Source: Patescibacteria group bacterium
Lineage (GTDB): Bacteria > Patescibacteriota > Patescibacteriia > UBA10025 > JBIOWE01
Assembly: GCA_044868145.1 (NCBI GenBank)
Contig: JBIOWE010000006.1
Span: forward strand, 218,835-282,834
Direction of reading: 5' to 3'
DNA length: 64,000 nucleotides
The translations under genes and the position numbers were made by a program. The notes below the pieces were generated by a model. That model was not told the origin of the DNA and did no database searches. It worked only from the letters and a program-made list of their open reading frames with translations. Positions 45,883 to 55,523 of this stretch are shown piece by piece. Positions within the stretch are counted from its first letter, which is position 1; every line of letters begins with the position of its first letter.

Positions 45883-47703
45883 ATGCGAATTTTTCGTTTA
45901 TCCTCACATCAACAACCAGGTCAGGTTCTGCTTCTCTCAATCGTTTTTATTATTTTAATCTTACTCTTGGTCACAGCATTTATCACTTTTGTTTTTAATA
46001 AGAATGCTGTAGTAACGCGATTGTACCGAGAAACGCAGGCTTTTGAACTCGCCGAGGCGGGCATTGATAAAGCCACGTGGTGTTTGAACCATAGTTCGGA
46101 GTGCTCGAACCCATATGGTGGAGAAACCGCAACCCTTGGCGTTGGCGAGTACACAACGGTCGTGACCGCCGCAGGGCTTGAGTATGAAATCGTTTCGACA
46201 GGAACCGTAGCGAATATTACGAAAGTCATTAAAGTAACTTTGACGGAAGAATCGGTTGTTGCGGGCGCTTCGTTTTTTTATGGCGTGCAGGTCGGCGCCG
46301 GCGGCCTTACATTACTAAATAATAGCTTTGTCGTGGGTAACGTTTATTCGAACGGCTCTATTACGGGTGGGAATGGGACATATGCAACTGGCGACGTATA
46401 TGTTGCCGGTGGTACTTCACTTACGGCTGACCAGCAGCAAACACTGCAAACATCTGATTATTCTTTTGGCGATATCAGCACACGTGAAGATATCGCACAA
46501 AGTTTTAAACCCGGCGTCGATGCGCCAATCAACTACATTCGTTTATATATTAAGAAGGTTGGGTCACCTTCAAACGCAACAGTACGTATAACGGAAGACA
46601 ACAACGGCAAGCCAAAAACCTCCTCTCTGACGAGTGGCACTATGCAAGCTACTCAAGTAACCTCGTCTTATGGGTGGGTTACAGTCTCATTCAGTTCCAA
46701 CCCCGTGCTCACAAAAAATCAAATTTACTGGATTGTTGTTGATATGAACTCGTCCAATGCAAGTAAATACTACGTTTTAGGAATGCATGACAACGCAGGA
46801 TACGGAAACGGACAAGGGATGTACAGTGCGAGCTGGAGTTCAGGCAATTGGACTGGCGCGGGAGGCGACTTTACGTTTGAGACATGGATGGGCGGTGTTG
46901 ATACGTTTATTGACGGACTAGAAGTTGGCGATACGGATCACACATGTGACAATGCCCATTATGCAACGCACCATGGAGACGCGCATGCGCATAAAATTTT
47001 GAACAGCGATGTTGAATGTGATGCATTTTACACGACCGATCCTGCAGACATTCAAGGCACAGCAGTTGGTAGAACAAAACATCCAAACAGCACAGATCCT
47101 CCTCCCGAAGCAATGCCAATATCCGATGGTCAAATTATTGACTGGAAGAATGGCGCTGTAGCTGGATCAACAATTAATGGCGATTATATTCTTGATGATG
47201 CCTCCGCCTCTCTTGGCCCAGTCAAAATTACCGGCAATATGACGATAAAAAATAACGCGAATTTGACCATTACGGGAAACGTATGGGTTGTTGGCAATGT
47301 TCTTTTTGACAACAACTGTTCGATTAACATAGACACAGGGTATTCGACAAATAGCGGATTACTCATTGCGGATGGAAAAATAACCGTGCAAAATAATTGC
47401 ACATTCTCGGGATCCGGTAGCGCAGGTAGCTACATACTCATCCTGTCCACAAATACCTCTCTTGATGGGGCTTCTCCCGCTATCGACATATCTAACAACG
47501 CCCAAACAGTTATTTTTTACGCGAGTAAAGGGCTGATCAACGTATCAAACAATGCCCAATTAAAAGAGGTGACGGGGTACATGCTCAAGCTTGATAACAA
47601 CGCGTCGGTTACCTATGAATCCGGTCTCGCAAGTGCGCAATTCGCAGACGGACCTGGTGGTGTGTGGACGATCAAGCGACAAACTTGGAATTTGGTAAAA
47701 TAG
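45883..47703 (+). CDS. PilX/GspK-like minor pilin with large adhesin-like C-terminal domains
   Basis: G|QVLLLSIV..TM; QAFELAEAGIDKA; IVSTG; IAQSF..YWIVV beta-sandwich; beta-helix NN repeats. Confidence 0.75.
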   Translation: MRIFRLSSHQQPGQVLLLSIVFIILILLLVTAFITFVFNKNAVVTRLYRETQAFELAEAGIDKATWCLNHSSECSNPYGGETATLGVGEYTTVVTAAGLEYEIVSTGTVANITKVIKVTLTEESVVAGASFFYGVQVGAGGLTLLNNSFVVGNVYSNGSITGGNGTYATGDVYVAGGTSLTADQQQTLQTSDYSFGDISTREDIAQSFKPGVDAPINYIRLYIKKVGSPSNATVRITEDNNGKPKTSSLTSGTMQATQVTSSYGWVTVSFSSNPVLTKNQIYWIVVDMNSSNASKYYVLGMHDNAGYGNGQGMYSASWSSGNWTGAGGDFTFETWMGGVDTFIDGLEVGDTDHTCDNAHYATHHGDAHAHKILNSDVECDAFYTTDPADIQGTAVGRTKHPNSTDPPPEAMPISDGQIIDWKNGAVAGSTINGDYILDDASASLGPVKITGNMTIKNNANLTITGNVWVVGNVLFDNNCSINIDTGYSTNSGLLIADGKITVQNNCTFSGSGSAGSYILILSTNTSLDGASPAIDISNNAQTVIFYASKGLINVSNNAQLKEVTGYMLKLDNNASVTYESGLASAQFADGPGGVWTIKRQTWNLVK

Positions 47704-47705
47704 TC

Positions 47706-48779
47706 ATGTTTGCACTCAAACCATTCCAACATTCATTTGGGTTGGACGTTTCCGATTTGAAGCTTCGGCTGGTACAGCTGAAAAAAAACGGAAGAAAAGT
47801 TTCGGTTTCTGGCTTTGGTGAAATAGTTATACCGGAAGGGAGTATTATCGGCGGAGACATAAAGATGCCAGAGCTTGTTCAAAATTCAATTGTCCAGTTA
47901 GTGAAGAACACTCACGGAAACATCAAAGGTCAATACGTTATTGCGTCTTTGCCTGAAAGAAAAACATTTATTAAAGTTATCACTATTCCATCAGTGCCGA
48001 GTGATGAATTGGCTGGGGCCATTAAATGGCAAACGCAGCAGCACGTTCCTATTTCGATGGATGAATCGTATATTGATTGGCAGATACTTGATTCCTTCAA
48101 GGATCAAGGGGGTGTTAAACAACGCGTTCTTGTCGGCGTTGCTCCAAAGGTAATTGTTGATCAATACACGGACGTTTTTAAAAGAAGCGGTCTCACCCCG
48201 ATTGCCCTTGAGACGGAGTCTGCGTGTATAGTGCGGGCGCTTATGCCAATCGACCAAAAAAACGATGAAAGTGTGTTAATTGTCGATATGGGTGCGAGCA
48301 GGACAAGCTTAATCATCTATGCAGAGAATGCGCTGCAATTTACGACAACACACACCGTAAGTGGATTTATGATGTCACAATCAATCGCGCGTAGCCTCAA
48401 ATTAACCCTTGACGAGGCTGAAAAAGCAAAAGTCATTTGCGGTTTTGATCCCACAAAAGCAAAAGGGGCTATACGAGCCATCCTTATACCAGTTGTCCGT
48501 GAATTGTTAATGCGTATTCAAGAAACGATTGAATATTCACCCACCTCCGTTTCAGGAAAAAAAATAGAAAAAGTCGTGCTTTGTGGCGGCGCATCACAGT
48601 TGGTAGGTTTGAAGGAATACTTTCAAGAAGCTCTGCACCTGCCGATAGTATTCGGTGATCCGCTTATGAATATTACAAATCATAAGCGCGTTATTATTCC
48701 AGCAGGCAAGCGTCTTTCCTATACAACCGCGCTTGGAGCTGCACTGCGCGGCTTATCCCCTAGCAACATCCTCTCATGA
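47706..48779 (+). CDS. pilM: Type IV pilus assembly protein PilM
   Basis: FGLDVSD, SYIDWQIL, IVDMGASRT, VLCGGASQL, TTALGAALRG. Confidence 0.92.
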   Translation: MFALKPFQHSFGLDVSDLKLRLVQLKKNGRKVSVSGFGEIVIPEGSIIGGDIKMPELVQNSIVQLVKNTHGNIKGQYVIASLPERKTFIKVITIPSVPSDELAGAIKWQTQQHVPISMDESYIDWQILDSFKDQGGVKQRVLVGVAPKVIVDQYTDVFKRSGLTPIALETESACIVRALMPIDQKNDESVLIVDMGASRTSLIIYAENALQFTTTHTVSGFMMSQSIARSLKLTLDEAEKAKVICGFDPTKAKGAIRAILIPVVRELLMRIQETIEYSPTSVSGKKIEKVVLCGGASQLVGLKEYFQEALHLPIVFGDPLMNITNHKRVIIPAGKRLSYTTALGAALRGLSPSNILS

Positions 48780-49336
48780 TATCACTCAACTTGCTGAGTC
48801 CTCAGGAAAAATCTTCCCTTCGTACGGATCGCATGTTTGCCATGGCACGCACGTTAGGCGTAATGATCCTTGTCGTCTTAGCGGTTTTGACCGTTATTTT
48901 CTATTTTGAAAAAAATGTTTTACAAAATAACTATTCTATTCTACAAAGCGAAGGCCGCGGTTATGAATCCATCGTTTTGACCTCTCACGGCGCAACCCTT
49001 GAAGCTAGCATTGTCGCCCTGAACGAGGATATGGCCAAAGTGCAGCAAATCCAAAAAGGATTTATTACATGGTCAAAATTCTTTCAATACTTGAGCGATA
49101 GAAGGCAAAACACAATCCAAATCACTTCAATAGTGCTAGATCAAGCAGACTCATCTTTCTTATTGGAAGGTCGCGCAAAAACTCGCTCGGATATTTTGTC
49201 ATTCCAAGATTTTCTCAATGCCTCGCCATTATTTGATGACGTTTCTGCCCCGATTTCGAATCTCACAGAGCGCGAGAACGTTGATTTTTCATTTAGCGGA
49301 AAATTAAACCTAGCAACGCTCGCATCATTACCATGA
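48776..49336 (+). CDS. pilN: PilN-like protein
   Basis: MISLNLL motif, TM helix, LEGRAKTR; follows pilM. Confidence 0.75.
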   Translation: MISLNLLSPQEKSSLRTDRMFAMARTLGVMILVVLAVLTVIFYFEKNVLQNNYSILQSEGRGYESIVLTSHGATLEASIVALNEDMAKVQQIQKGFITWSKFFQYLSDRRQNTIQITSIVLDQADSSFLLEGRAKTRSDILSFQDFLNASPLFDDVSAPISNLTERENVDFSFSGKLNLATLASLP

Positions 49337-49869
49337 AAAATGATTTGCTAAAAAATGCCGGCATTATTGGCGGAATCACCTTGCTTTTCATTGGTGACAT
49401 TGTATTTTTTTTGTTGCCGCAACACAAGACGGTCGCATCATTGGCTGATAAGATTTACGATGAGCGCGTGCATGTGGAGTTAGTAAAGCGCCAAGCCTCC
49501 TCTCTCGTTGAAACGCAAGCGGGCTTTCATGCGATTGAAAGCGACGCAAAGCAACTCGAGGTTGCCTTTATTCCAAAAACTGAAACAATTCAGTTTATTT
49601 CTTCATTAGAATCTCTGGCTTCGGACCGTGGTATTACGCAAAAGATATCTCTTGAAGGACTTACCTTACCTTCTAAGACAAGTAAAACCCAGGCAGAGGT
49701 TCAGGAAGTTCCTCTTGAGTTATCATTGTCTGGTTCCCCATCGTTGGTTATTTCATATATCCGAGACCTTGAGCTTTTGCCGCATTATATTAATATAAAC
49801 AAAATAGAGATGTCTGGCGCTGATGAAAGCATTACGGCAAGAGTATCAGCCAAAACTTTCTGGCGATGA
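49333..49869 (+). CDS. pilO: PilO-like protein
   Basis: TM helix, coiled coil, FISSLESLA, LSLSGS..YIRDLELLP. Confidence 0.7.
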   Translation: MKNDLLKNAGIIGGITLLFIGDIVFFLLPQHKTVASLADKIYDERVHVELVKRQASSLVETQAGFHAIESDAKQLEVAFIPKTETIQFISSLESLASDRGITQKISLEGLTLPSKTSKTQAEVQEVPLELSLSGSPSLVISYIRDLELLPHYININKIEMSGADESITARVSAKTFWR

Positions 49870-50174
49870 TGCATATGCGCAAAATATTAAGCAGGCTAAA
49901 AAAAGTTAATATCGGAAGTTTTCTCATCATGCATACGGGAATCGTTTTTGCCGTGCTTATTGCTTGCGCTGTTCTTTTTGTCGGTATTGTTACGTATCAA
50001 AAAGTCTATCTCACTGTTATTGCTCCAAAATCAATACCGCAGGAAGACTTACTCGAGAGGCAAGAGAAGGTTAATACGAATCTGTTTAAACAGATCTCGC
50101 ATGACCTTGATATCAAACGTTCTCAAAAGCAGTTACAGCCGGGGCAACTAAAGAATATTTTTTCCCACTATTAA
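49866..50174 (+). CDS. Small bitopic protein closing the pilMNO operon
   Basis: One TM helix; overlaps the pilO stop; ends KNIF. Confidence 0.55.
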   Translation: MMHMRKILSRLKKVNIGSFLIMHTGIVFAVLIACAVLFVGIVTYQKVYLTVIAPKSIPQEDLLERQEKVNTNLFKQISHDLDIKRSQKQLQPGQLKNIFSHY

Positions 50175-50180
50175 TGATTC

Positions 50181-50208
50181 TTGACATTTTTTGAGACTGC
50201 GCTACAAT
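50181..50208 (+). promoter_or_regulatory. Putative rpmA promoter
   Basis: TTGACA-16 bp-TACAAT. Confidence 0.55.
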
Positions 50209-50228
50209 CATAAAACAAAGAAATCGCT

Positions 50229-50507
50229 ATGGCACATGTTAAAGGCACAAGCACAACTTCGCTCGGCCGTGACAGTCACGGTCAACGATTAGGCATTAAA
50301 CTATTTGCTGGTGAATACGCAAAGTCAGGCAGTATTATTGTGCGTCAACGTGGTACAAAATTCTTTCCGGGGAGAAACGTCTTGCGGGGTAAAGATGATA
50401 CTCTTTTCGCCGTGAAAGCAGGAACCGTCAAATTTCTTGAGGTAAAAAAGCTGGATCACTCAGGAAAACCGACCTATAAAAAATACGTTCACGTGATACC
50501 GGCGTAG
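50229..50507 (+). CDS. rpmA: 50S ribosomal protein L27
   Basis: [34 protein letters not shown]. Confidence 0.97.
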   Translation: MAHVKGTSTTSLGRDSHGQRLGIKLFAGEYAKSGSIIVRQRGTKFFPGRNVLRGKDDTLFAVKAGTVKFLEVKKLDHSGKPTYKKYVHVIPA

Positions 50508-50548
50508 ACGCTTTTCTCCTGCTTTGAGCGCAATCAATCACTTGCGCT

Positions 50549-52174
50549 TTATTTTTGGTTTATACACACATCAATGAAGTCTCGGAAAAGCGGGTGGGGT
50601 CGCAACGGTCGAGACTGGAATTCAGGGTGAAACTGTACGCCAACAAACCACGGGTGCTGTTGAATTTCAATAATTTCACCAAGTCGACCGTCCGGGGTCG
50701 TGCCAGACAGAATCATGCCGGCATCCTCAAATTGCTTTCGGTATTGATTATTAAACTCATATCGATGGCGATGCCGCTCCTGTATGAGTTCTTTATCGTA
50801 TGCTTTCCGAGCTCGAGAGTGTTTGGTAAGTTTACATTGCCAACTTCCAAGCCTCATCGTGCCGCCGTAATCATGCTCGAGCAGTTTTTTTTCTTGGTCT
50901 GGCATAATGTGGATTACGGGGTGTTGCGCTTGTTCATCGAATTCTTGGCTCGTTGCATTTTGGATTTGCAGAACATTGCGCGCGAATTCGATGGTAGCGA
51001 TTTGCATGCCCAGGCAAAGCCCGAAGAATGGGATGTTGTGTTCTCGCGCGTATCGCGCCGCCGCAATTTTTCCTTCTATGCCACGCGATCCGAAGCCACC
51101 AGGGATAACAATGCCATTCGCGGACTTCAGGCGGCTCCACTCTTTTGCATCATTTTTTTCGAGCTTCTCAGCGTCAATCCATTCAACGTTTAATTTTGCG
51201 TTATGGTAGTAGGCCGCTGACTTAAGAGCTTCCATGATGCTTAAATACGCGTCGCCATGTTCTGTATACTTGCCTACGATAGCGATTGATGCAGTTTTTG
51301 TGCCGTCTTTTGCGCGTTTTACAAGCTCCTTCCACTCTTTCAAATTCGGTTTACGCCTGTGCATCCCGAACTTGTCGAAAATGATGTCTGTAATATGAAA
51401 TTTTTCGAAATTAAGAGGTACCTCATACAGAATTTTGATCGTGGGGGCAGGTATGACCGCTTCCGGGGGTACGTCGCTGAAGAGCGCAATCTTTTCTAAG
51501 AGCTCCTGTTTGATCGTCGGAAAATCTGTTCTGCAAATGATAATATCCGGTTGGATTCCTATTCGCCGCAGCTCACGAATGGAACCTTGCACAGGTTTTG
51601 TTTTTAATTCACGTGACGTTTTGAGATATGGCAATAACGCGACATGAACAAAGAGAACATTCTCATCGCCGAACTCGCGGTGGAGCTGGCGTACGGCTTC
51701 CAAAAATGGTTCACCTTCAATGTCTCCAACCGTTCCGCCGATTTCCATAATAAGAAAATCCGCGTCGCTTTGTCGCGCAGCTTCCTGAATATGCGCCTTA
51801 ATGGCGTCCGTAATATGCGGAATAATTTGAATGGTTTTGCCAAGAAAACCACCCTTGCGCTCGTGGGTCAAAAGGCGGTCATACACTTGTCCGGCCGTGA
51901 GATTGCTAAGCCGGCTTAACTCAACATCAAGAAAGCGCTCGTAGTGCCCAAGGTCGAGGTCTGTTTCCGTGCCGTCGTTTAAAACGTACACCTCGCCATG
52001 CTGATACGGGTTCATCGTGCCGGGATCTACGTTGAGATACGGGTCAAACTTCAAACTAAACACGCGATATTTACAAGCCTTGAGTAATGCTCCAATTGAA
52101 GCCGCAGAAATACCTTTGCCGAGGCCCGAGCAAACACCGCCGGTGACTATGATGTAGCGACATTTTTGTTTCAT
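50549..52174 (-). CDS. pyrG: CTP synthase
   Basis: TGGVCSGLGKG, DPYLNVDPGTM, KTKP, GLCLGMQ, QFHPEF. Confidence 0.98.
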   Translation of the reverse strand: MKQKCRYIIVTGGVCSGLGKGISAASIGALLKACKYRVFSLKFDPYLNVDPGTMNPYQHGEVYVLNDGTETDLDLGHYERFLDVELSRLSNLTAGQVYDRLLTHERKGGFLGKTIQIIPHITDAIKAHIQEAARQSDADFLIMEIGGTVGDIEGEPFLEAVRQLHREFGDENVLFVHVALLPYLKTSRELKTKPVQGSIRELRRIGIQPDIIICRTDFPTIKQELLEKIALFSDVPPEAVIPAPTIKILYEVPLNFEKFHITDIIFDKFGMHRRKPNLKEWKELVKRAKDGTKTASIAIVGKYTEHGDAYLSIMEALKSAAYYHNAKLNVEWIDAEKLEKNDAKEWSRLKSANGIVIPGGFGSRGIEGKIAAARYAREHNIPFFGLCLGMQIATIEFARNVLQIQNATSQEFDEQAQHPVIHIMPDQEKKLLEHDYGGTMRLGSWQCKLTKHSRARKAYDKELIQERHRHRYEFNNQYRKQFEDAGMILSGTTPDGRLGEIIEIQQHPWFVGVQFHPEFQSRPLRPHPLFRDFIDVCINQK

Positions 52175-52623
52175 TTGGCTCTTGGTTGAATAATGCATGT
52201 TATCGTTGCGCGCAATTCCTTGCCGGACTCAATCTCTACGGGATACGTCCCTATGCGTTTCAATGGATGATCAAGCTTAATATATTTTGGATCAATGGAT
52301 AAACCTGTTGACCGAGCCAATTGCTGCGCGATGATTTGAGCCTTGATTCCGCGAAACAACGTTCCGTCAGAAGATGCAGGTTCATCTAGCTTGATCTCAG
52401 CTCCATCCAGTCGAGCAAACATATGTTGGGTATTCTTTTGTTCCTTTTCTTCTTGCTTCTTGTGACGAATGGTTTGTTGCTCGTTCTTTTTCAGTGTTTC
52501 TGCAGTGGCGATGGTTGCGAAGTGGTGCGGGCCAAGAAAATTACGAAAAAATCCCTCAGACACGTTTCTTACCTCGCCCTTCTTTCCGGTGCCACGCATA
52601 TCTTGCAATAGTATAACACGCAT
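52171..52623 (-). CDS. rplI: 50S ribosomal protein L9
   Basis: MRVILLQD..GKKGEVRNVSEGFFRNFL, GTLF, PLKRIG. Confidence 0.93.
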   Translation of the reverse strand: MRVILLQDMRGTGKKGEVRNVSEGFFRNFLGPHHFATIATAETLKKNEQQTIRHKKQEEKEQKNTQHMFARLDGAEIKLDEPASSDGTLFRGIKAQIIAQQLARSTGLSIDPKYIKLDHPLKRIGTYPVEIESGKELRATITCIIQPRAK

Positions 52624-52654
52624 ACGTTTTTTATGAATAATCTATAAAAAATGA

Positions 52655-52909
52655 TTAATAAGCGTCGCCAGGATTCACCCACTGCGTTTCAACATTTTCT
52701 ATATGACTCGCACCAGGGCTGCTTTTTATCCATGCGATGAGTTCCTTAACGTTTTGTTGCTCGCCTTCAGCAACGACCTCAACAGACCCGTCTGGGCTGT
52801 TCTTCACATAGCCTACTATACTGAGATTCGCCGCGCGCTGCTTTATCGCCGTACGGAGGTTCACGCCTTGGACAATCCCGGTCAGCCGCAATAGCGCGTG
52901 TGCTCGCAT
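52655..52909 (-). CDS. acyP: Acylphosphatase (possibly C-terminally truncated)
   Basis: GIVQGVNLR, GYVKNSPDGSVEVVAEG; ATG at 52909. Confidence 0.85.
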   Translation of the reverse strand: MRAHALLRLTGIVQGVNLRTAIKQRAANLSIVGYVKNSPDGSVEVVAEGEQQNVKELIAWIKSSPGASHIENVETQWVNPGDAY

Positions 52910-52916
52910 ACACTCA

Positions 52917-54125
52917 TTACTTCGCGAGAATGAATTCAACTGCTTTATCAAGCTGCGGGTCACGTCCTGCATCTGCATCTTCCTGCGTAAGGCTCACTTG
53001 CACGTCTGGATTTATGCCGTGGTCAGTTATAGACGTTCCGTTCGGGGTCAGCCATTTTGCAACAGTCAATTTAAGTGAAGATCCATCCGGAAAATCTTCC
53101 AGCTCTTGCACTGACCCCTTGCCAAATGTGCGCTCACCAATAATGATGGACGCTTTATGGTCTTGGAGTGCTCCGGCAACAATCTCTGACCCGGACGCGC
53201 TTCCCCCATTGACCAATACTGCGCTTGGAATGTTCTTGAGCGGCGTGTCTTCGTCGCCATAGTGCAGTTGCGGCGCTTCCCCTTTGTTGAATTGTTCTTG
53301 CACCACGACAACGTGACCGAGAAATTCGTCTGCCACTCTAATTGCGGCATCAAGGTACCCGCCCGGATTATTGCGTAAGTCGAGAATCAACCCAGAAGGG
53401 CTTTTGAGCATAACTTCCCTTACTGCCGCCACAAAATCATCAGCCGTATGATCATCAAATTGACTTATTTTTATGTACGCGACATTATTACTTTTCATCG
53501 TCCAGCTAACGCTATCAACTTTAATCGAGTCACGAGTTATTTCGACCACTTGTTCTTTTTGGTCCGGCGGTCTTACAATCGTCAGACTCACCTTGGTACC
53601 TTTTTTCCCTCGTATCAATGCAACAGCCGCGTCAATGCTCAAGTTTGCTGTTTCATGTTCGTCAATTTTGATGATTTGATCACCCGGCTTGAGCCCCGCT
53701 TTTTCAGCTGGCGTATTGGGCAGCGGTGCAATAACAGATAGTTGCTTACTCTTAATACCGATTTCAGCTCCAATCCCCTCGAATTGTCCGCTTAGTTCGT
53801 GAGAGAACTCTTCAGTCATTTGCGGATCAAGAAATACAGAGTAAGGATCACCCAGGCTGTTGACGAGCCCGCTAATAGCGCCGTAAAATAAATGAGTTTC
53901 ATCTACCGGAGTATTTACGTAACGTTCCTGAATAGTCTGCCACACATTGCTGAAAAGATTTTTCGAAGATGGGTTTTTGTCGTATAGTGTACCGACGACG
54001 CTTAAAATTTCACCAACGGTATGTGCTGAAAGTTGTTTTTTTGATGAAACGGCAACGAGAAAGCCAGCACTAAAGCTGACTGCCATGAAAAACAAGATAA
54101 ATGCTGCAATAAAAAATCTTTTCAT
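52917..54125 (-). CDS. ctpA: C-terminal processing protease (S41, PDZ)
   Basis: LGDPYS, FEGIGAEI, LDLRNNPGG, SASGSEI, TFGKGSVQ. Confidence 0.93.
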   Translation of the reverse strand: MKRFFIAAFILFFMAVSFSAGFLVAVSSKKQLSAHTVGEILSVVGTLYDKNPSSKNLFSNVWQTIQERYVNTPVDETHLFYGAISGLVNSLGDPYSVFLDPQMTEEFSHELSGQFEGIGAEIGIKSKQLSVIAPLPNTPAEKAGLKPGDQIIKIDEHETANLSIDAAVALIRGKKGTKVSLTIVRPPDQKEQVVEITRDSIKVDSVSWTMKSNNVAYIKISQFDDHTADDFVAAVREVMLKSPSGLILDLRNNPGGYLDAAIRVADEFLGHVVVVQEQFNKGEAPQLHYGDEDTPLKNIPSAVLVNGGSASGSEIVAGALQDHKASIIIGERTFGKGSVQELEDFPDGSSLKLTVAKWLTPNGTSITDHGINPDVQVSLTQEDADAGRDPQLDKAVEFILAK

Positions 54126-54129
54126 ACGC

Positions 54130-55422
54130 TTATGGAATGCGTTCGATTGATGCACCGATTGCCTTGAGTCGTACGTCAAGGGCTTCGTATCCTCTATCCG
54201 CTTGTTCGGCGTTCGAGATTGTACTTTTGCCTCGCGCGATCAACGCCGCAATGATCAGCGTTGCGCCTGCCCGGAGATCAAAGCTTGTAATGTCCGTTGC
54301 GGTCAAAGGCGTCGGCCCAACAATCAGGGCACGATGAGGATCACAGATTGTCGCGTTTACGCCCATTTTTATCAGTTCGTCTATATATTTCAGTCTGCCC
54401 TCATACATCCAATCGTGAATGAGTGTGGTTCCGTCTGCTTGTGTCATAAAAACCGAAAATGGAGGGATTAAATCCGTTGCAAAGCCTGGATACATCATAG
54501 AGTGCACTTTTTTTATCGCGTGCAATTTTAGCGACGGTTGCACGTTGATGGTTGCTTGTTGGTATCGTCTATGCAAAGTATTTTCTTGCTCTATCGTGAA
54601 CCGCAGTCCGGCCTCTTGAAATTTCAAAAGCGGAAGCTCGAGAAACTCTGGCGCGGTGTTTTTTAACTGAAGTTTTGATCGTGATGCGCCCGCTAAGGCA
54701 AGAAACGTCCCTGTCTCAATAGGATCTGGCATGATATTGTATCCGTCGGTACCCGTAAGTTCGCTCTGCCCTTGAATGTGCAACTCATACGTTCCGATTC
54801 CGTCGATCGTGACGCCAACTGATTGCAGAAACCAGCAAAGATCTTGCACCGACGGATCCGCAGCTGCTCCCCGTAACACTGTTTTGCGGGGAATAGTGCT
54901 AGCAATGATAATGGCATTTTCGGTTGCCGTAACGCTCATTTCTGGTAAAAAAAATGCTGCGGCTTTTTTCTTTGTCGCATCGACCGTGTACCCGTTTGAT
55001 GATTGTCCGACGATTATACCGAATTCCTGCAATACGCGTAAATGAGTATCAATCGGTCTTGCACCAATCTGGCAGCCACCAGGGTCGGGAAAGGTGAAGC
55101 GCATGCCTCTTCCCGAGAGCGCACCAAAAAATAATACGGATGATCGCAATGTGCCCACTAAATCCTCTCGAACTTTTTCTGGCGCAATGTCTCGCGCGTC
55201 GATGGTAACTTCATGGTCACCCGTCCACTTAATGTCCACCCCTATGCTTTTCATAATCTCCATCATATTCATTACATCGGCTATGCGAGGCAGGTTACGA
55301 ACAACGCACGTTTTTTTTGTCAACATCGCAGCTGCTAAAATAGGCGTTGCGGCATTCTTGGACCCGCGAACGACAATTTCGCCACGCAGGTTTTTTTGAC
55401 CTTCAATGACAAACTTTGACAT
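54130..55422 (-). CDS. murA: UDP-N-acetylglucosamine 1-carboxyvinyltransferase
   Basis: GSKNAA, PGGCQIGARPID (Cys type), SVTATEN, DLRAGA, RGYE. Confidence 0.96.
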   Translation of the reverse strand: MSKFVIEGQKNLRGEIVVRGSKNAATPILAAAMLTKKTCVVRNLPRIADVMNMMEIMKSIGVDIKWTGDHEVTIDARDIAPEKVREDLVGTLRSSVLFFGALSGRGMRFTFPDPGGCQIGARPIDTHLRVLQEFGIIVGQSSNGYTVDATKKKAAAFFLPEMSVTATENAIIIASTIPRKTVLRGAAADPSVQDLCWFLQSVGVTIDGIGTYELHIQGQSELTGTDGYNIMPDPIETGTFLALAGASRSKLQLKNTAPEFLELPLLKFQEAGLRFTIEQENTLHRRYQQATINVQPSLKLHAIKKVHSMMYPGFATDLIPPFSVFMTQADGTTLIHDWMYEGRLKYIDELIKMGVNATICDPHRALIVGPTPLTATDITSFDLRAGATLIIAALIARGKSTISNAEQADRGYEALDVRLKAIGASIERIP

Positions 55423-55523
55423 ATAATTATTCTTCAATTATACGGAAGTTAGGGAAAAACGCAACGCATACGCGTCTGGACACGAAGCATATCGAGCATT
55501 ATACTACATCACGACGAAAAATA

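Noticed and set aside
50555-51193. Long antisense ORFs over pyrG and many other genes (also 12711-13187, 18560-19003, 20018-20500)
   Set aside because: Shadow frames of well-supported genes with no recognisable motifs.
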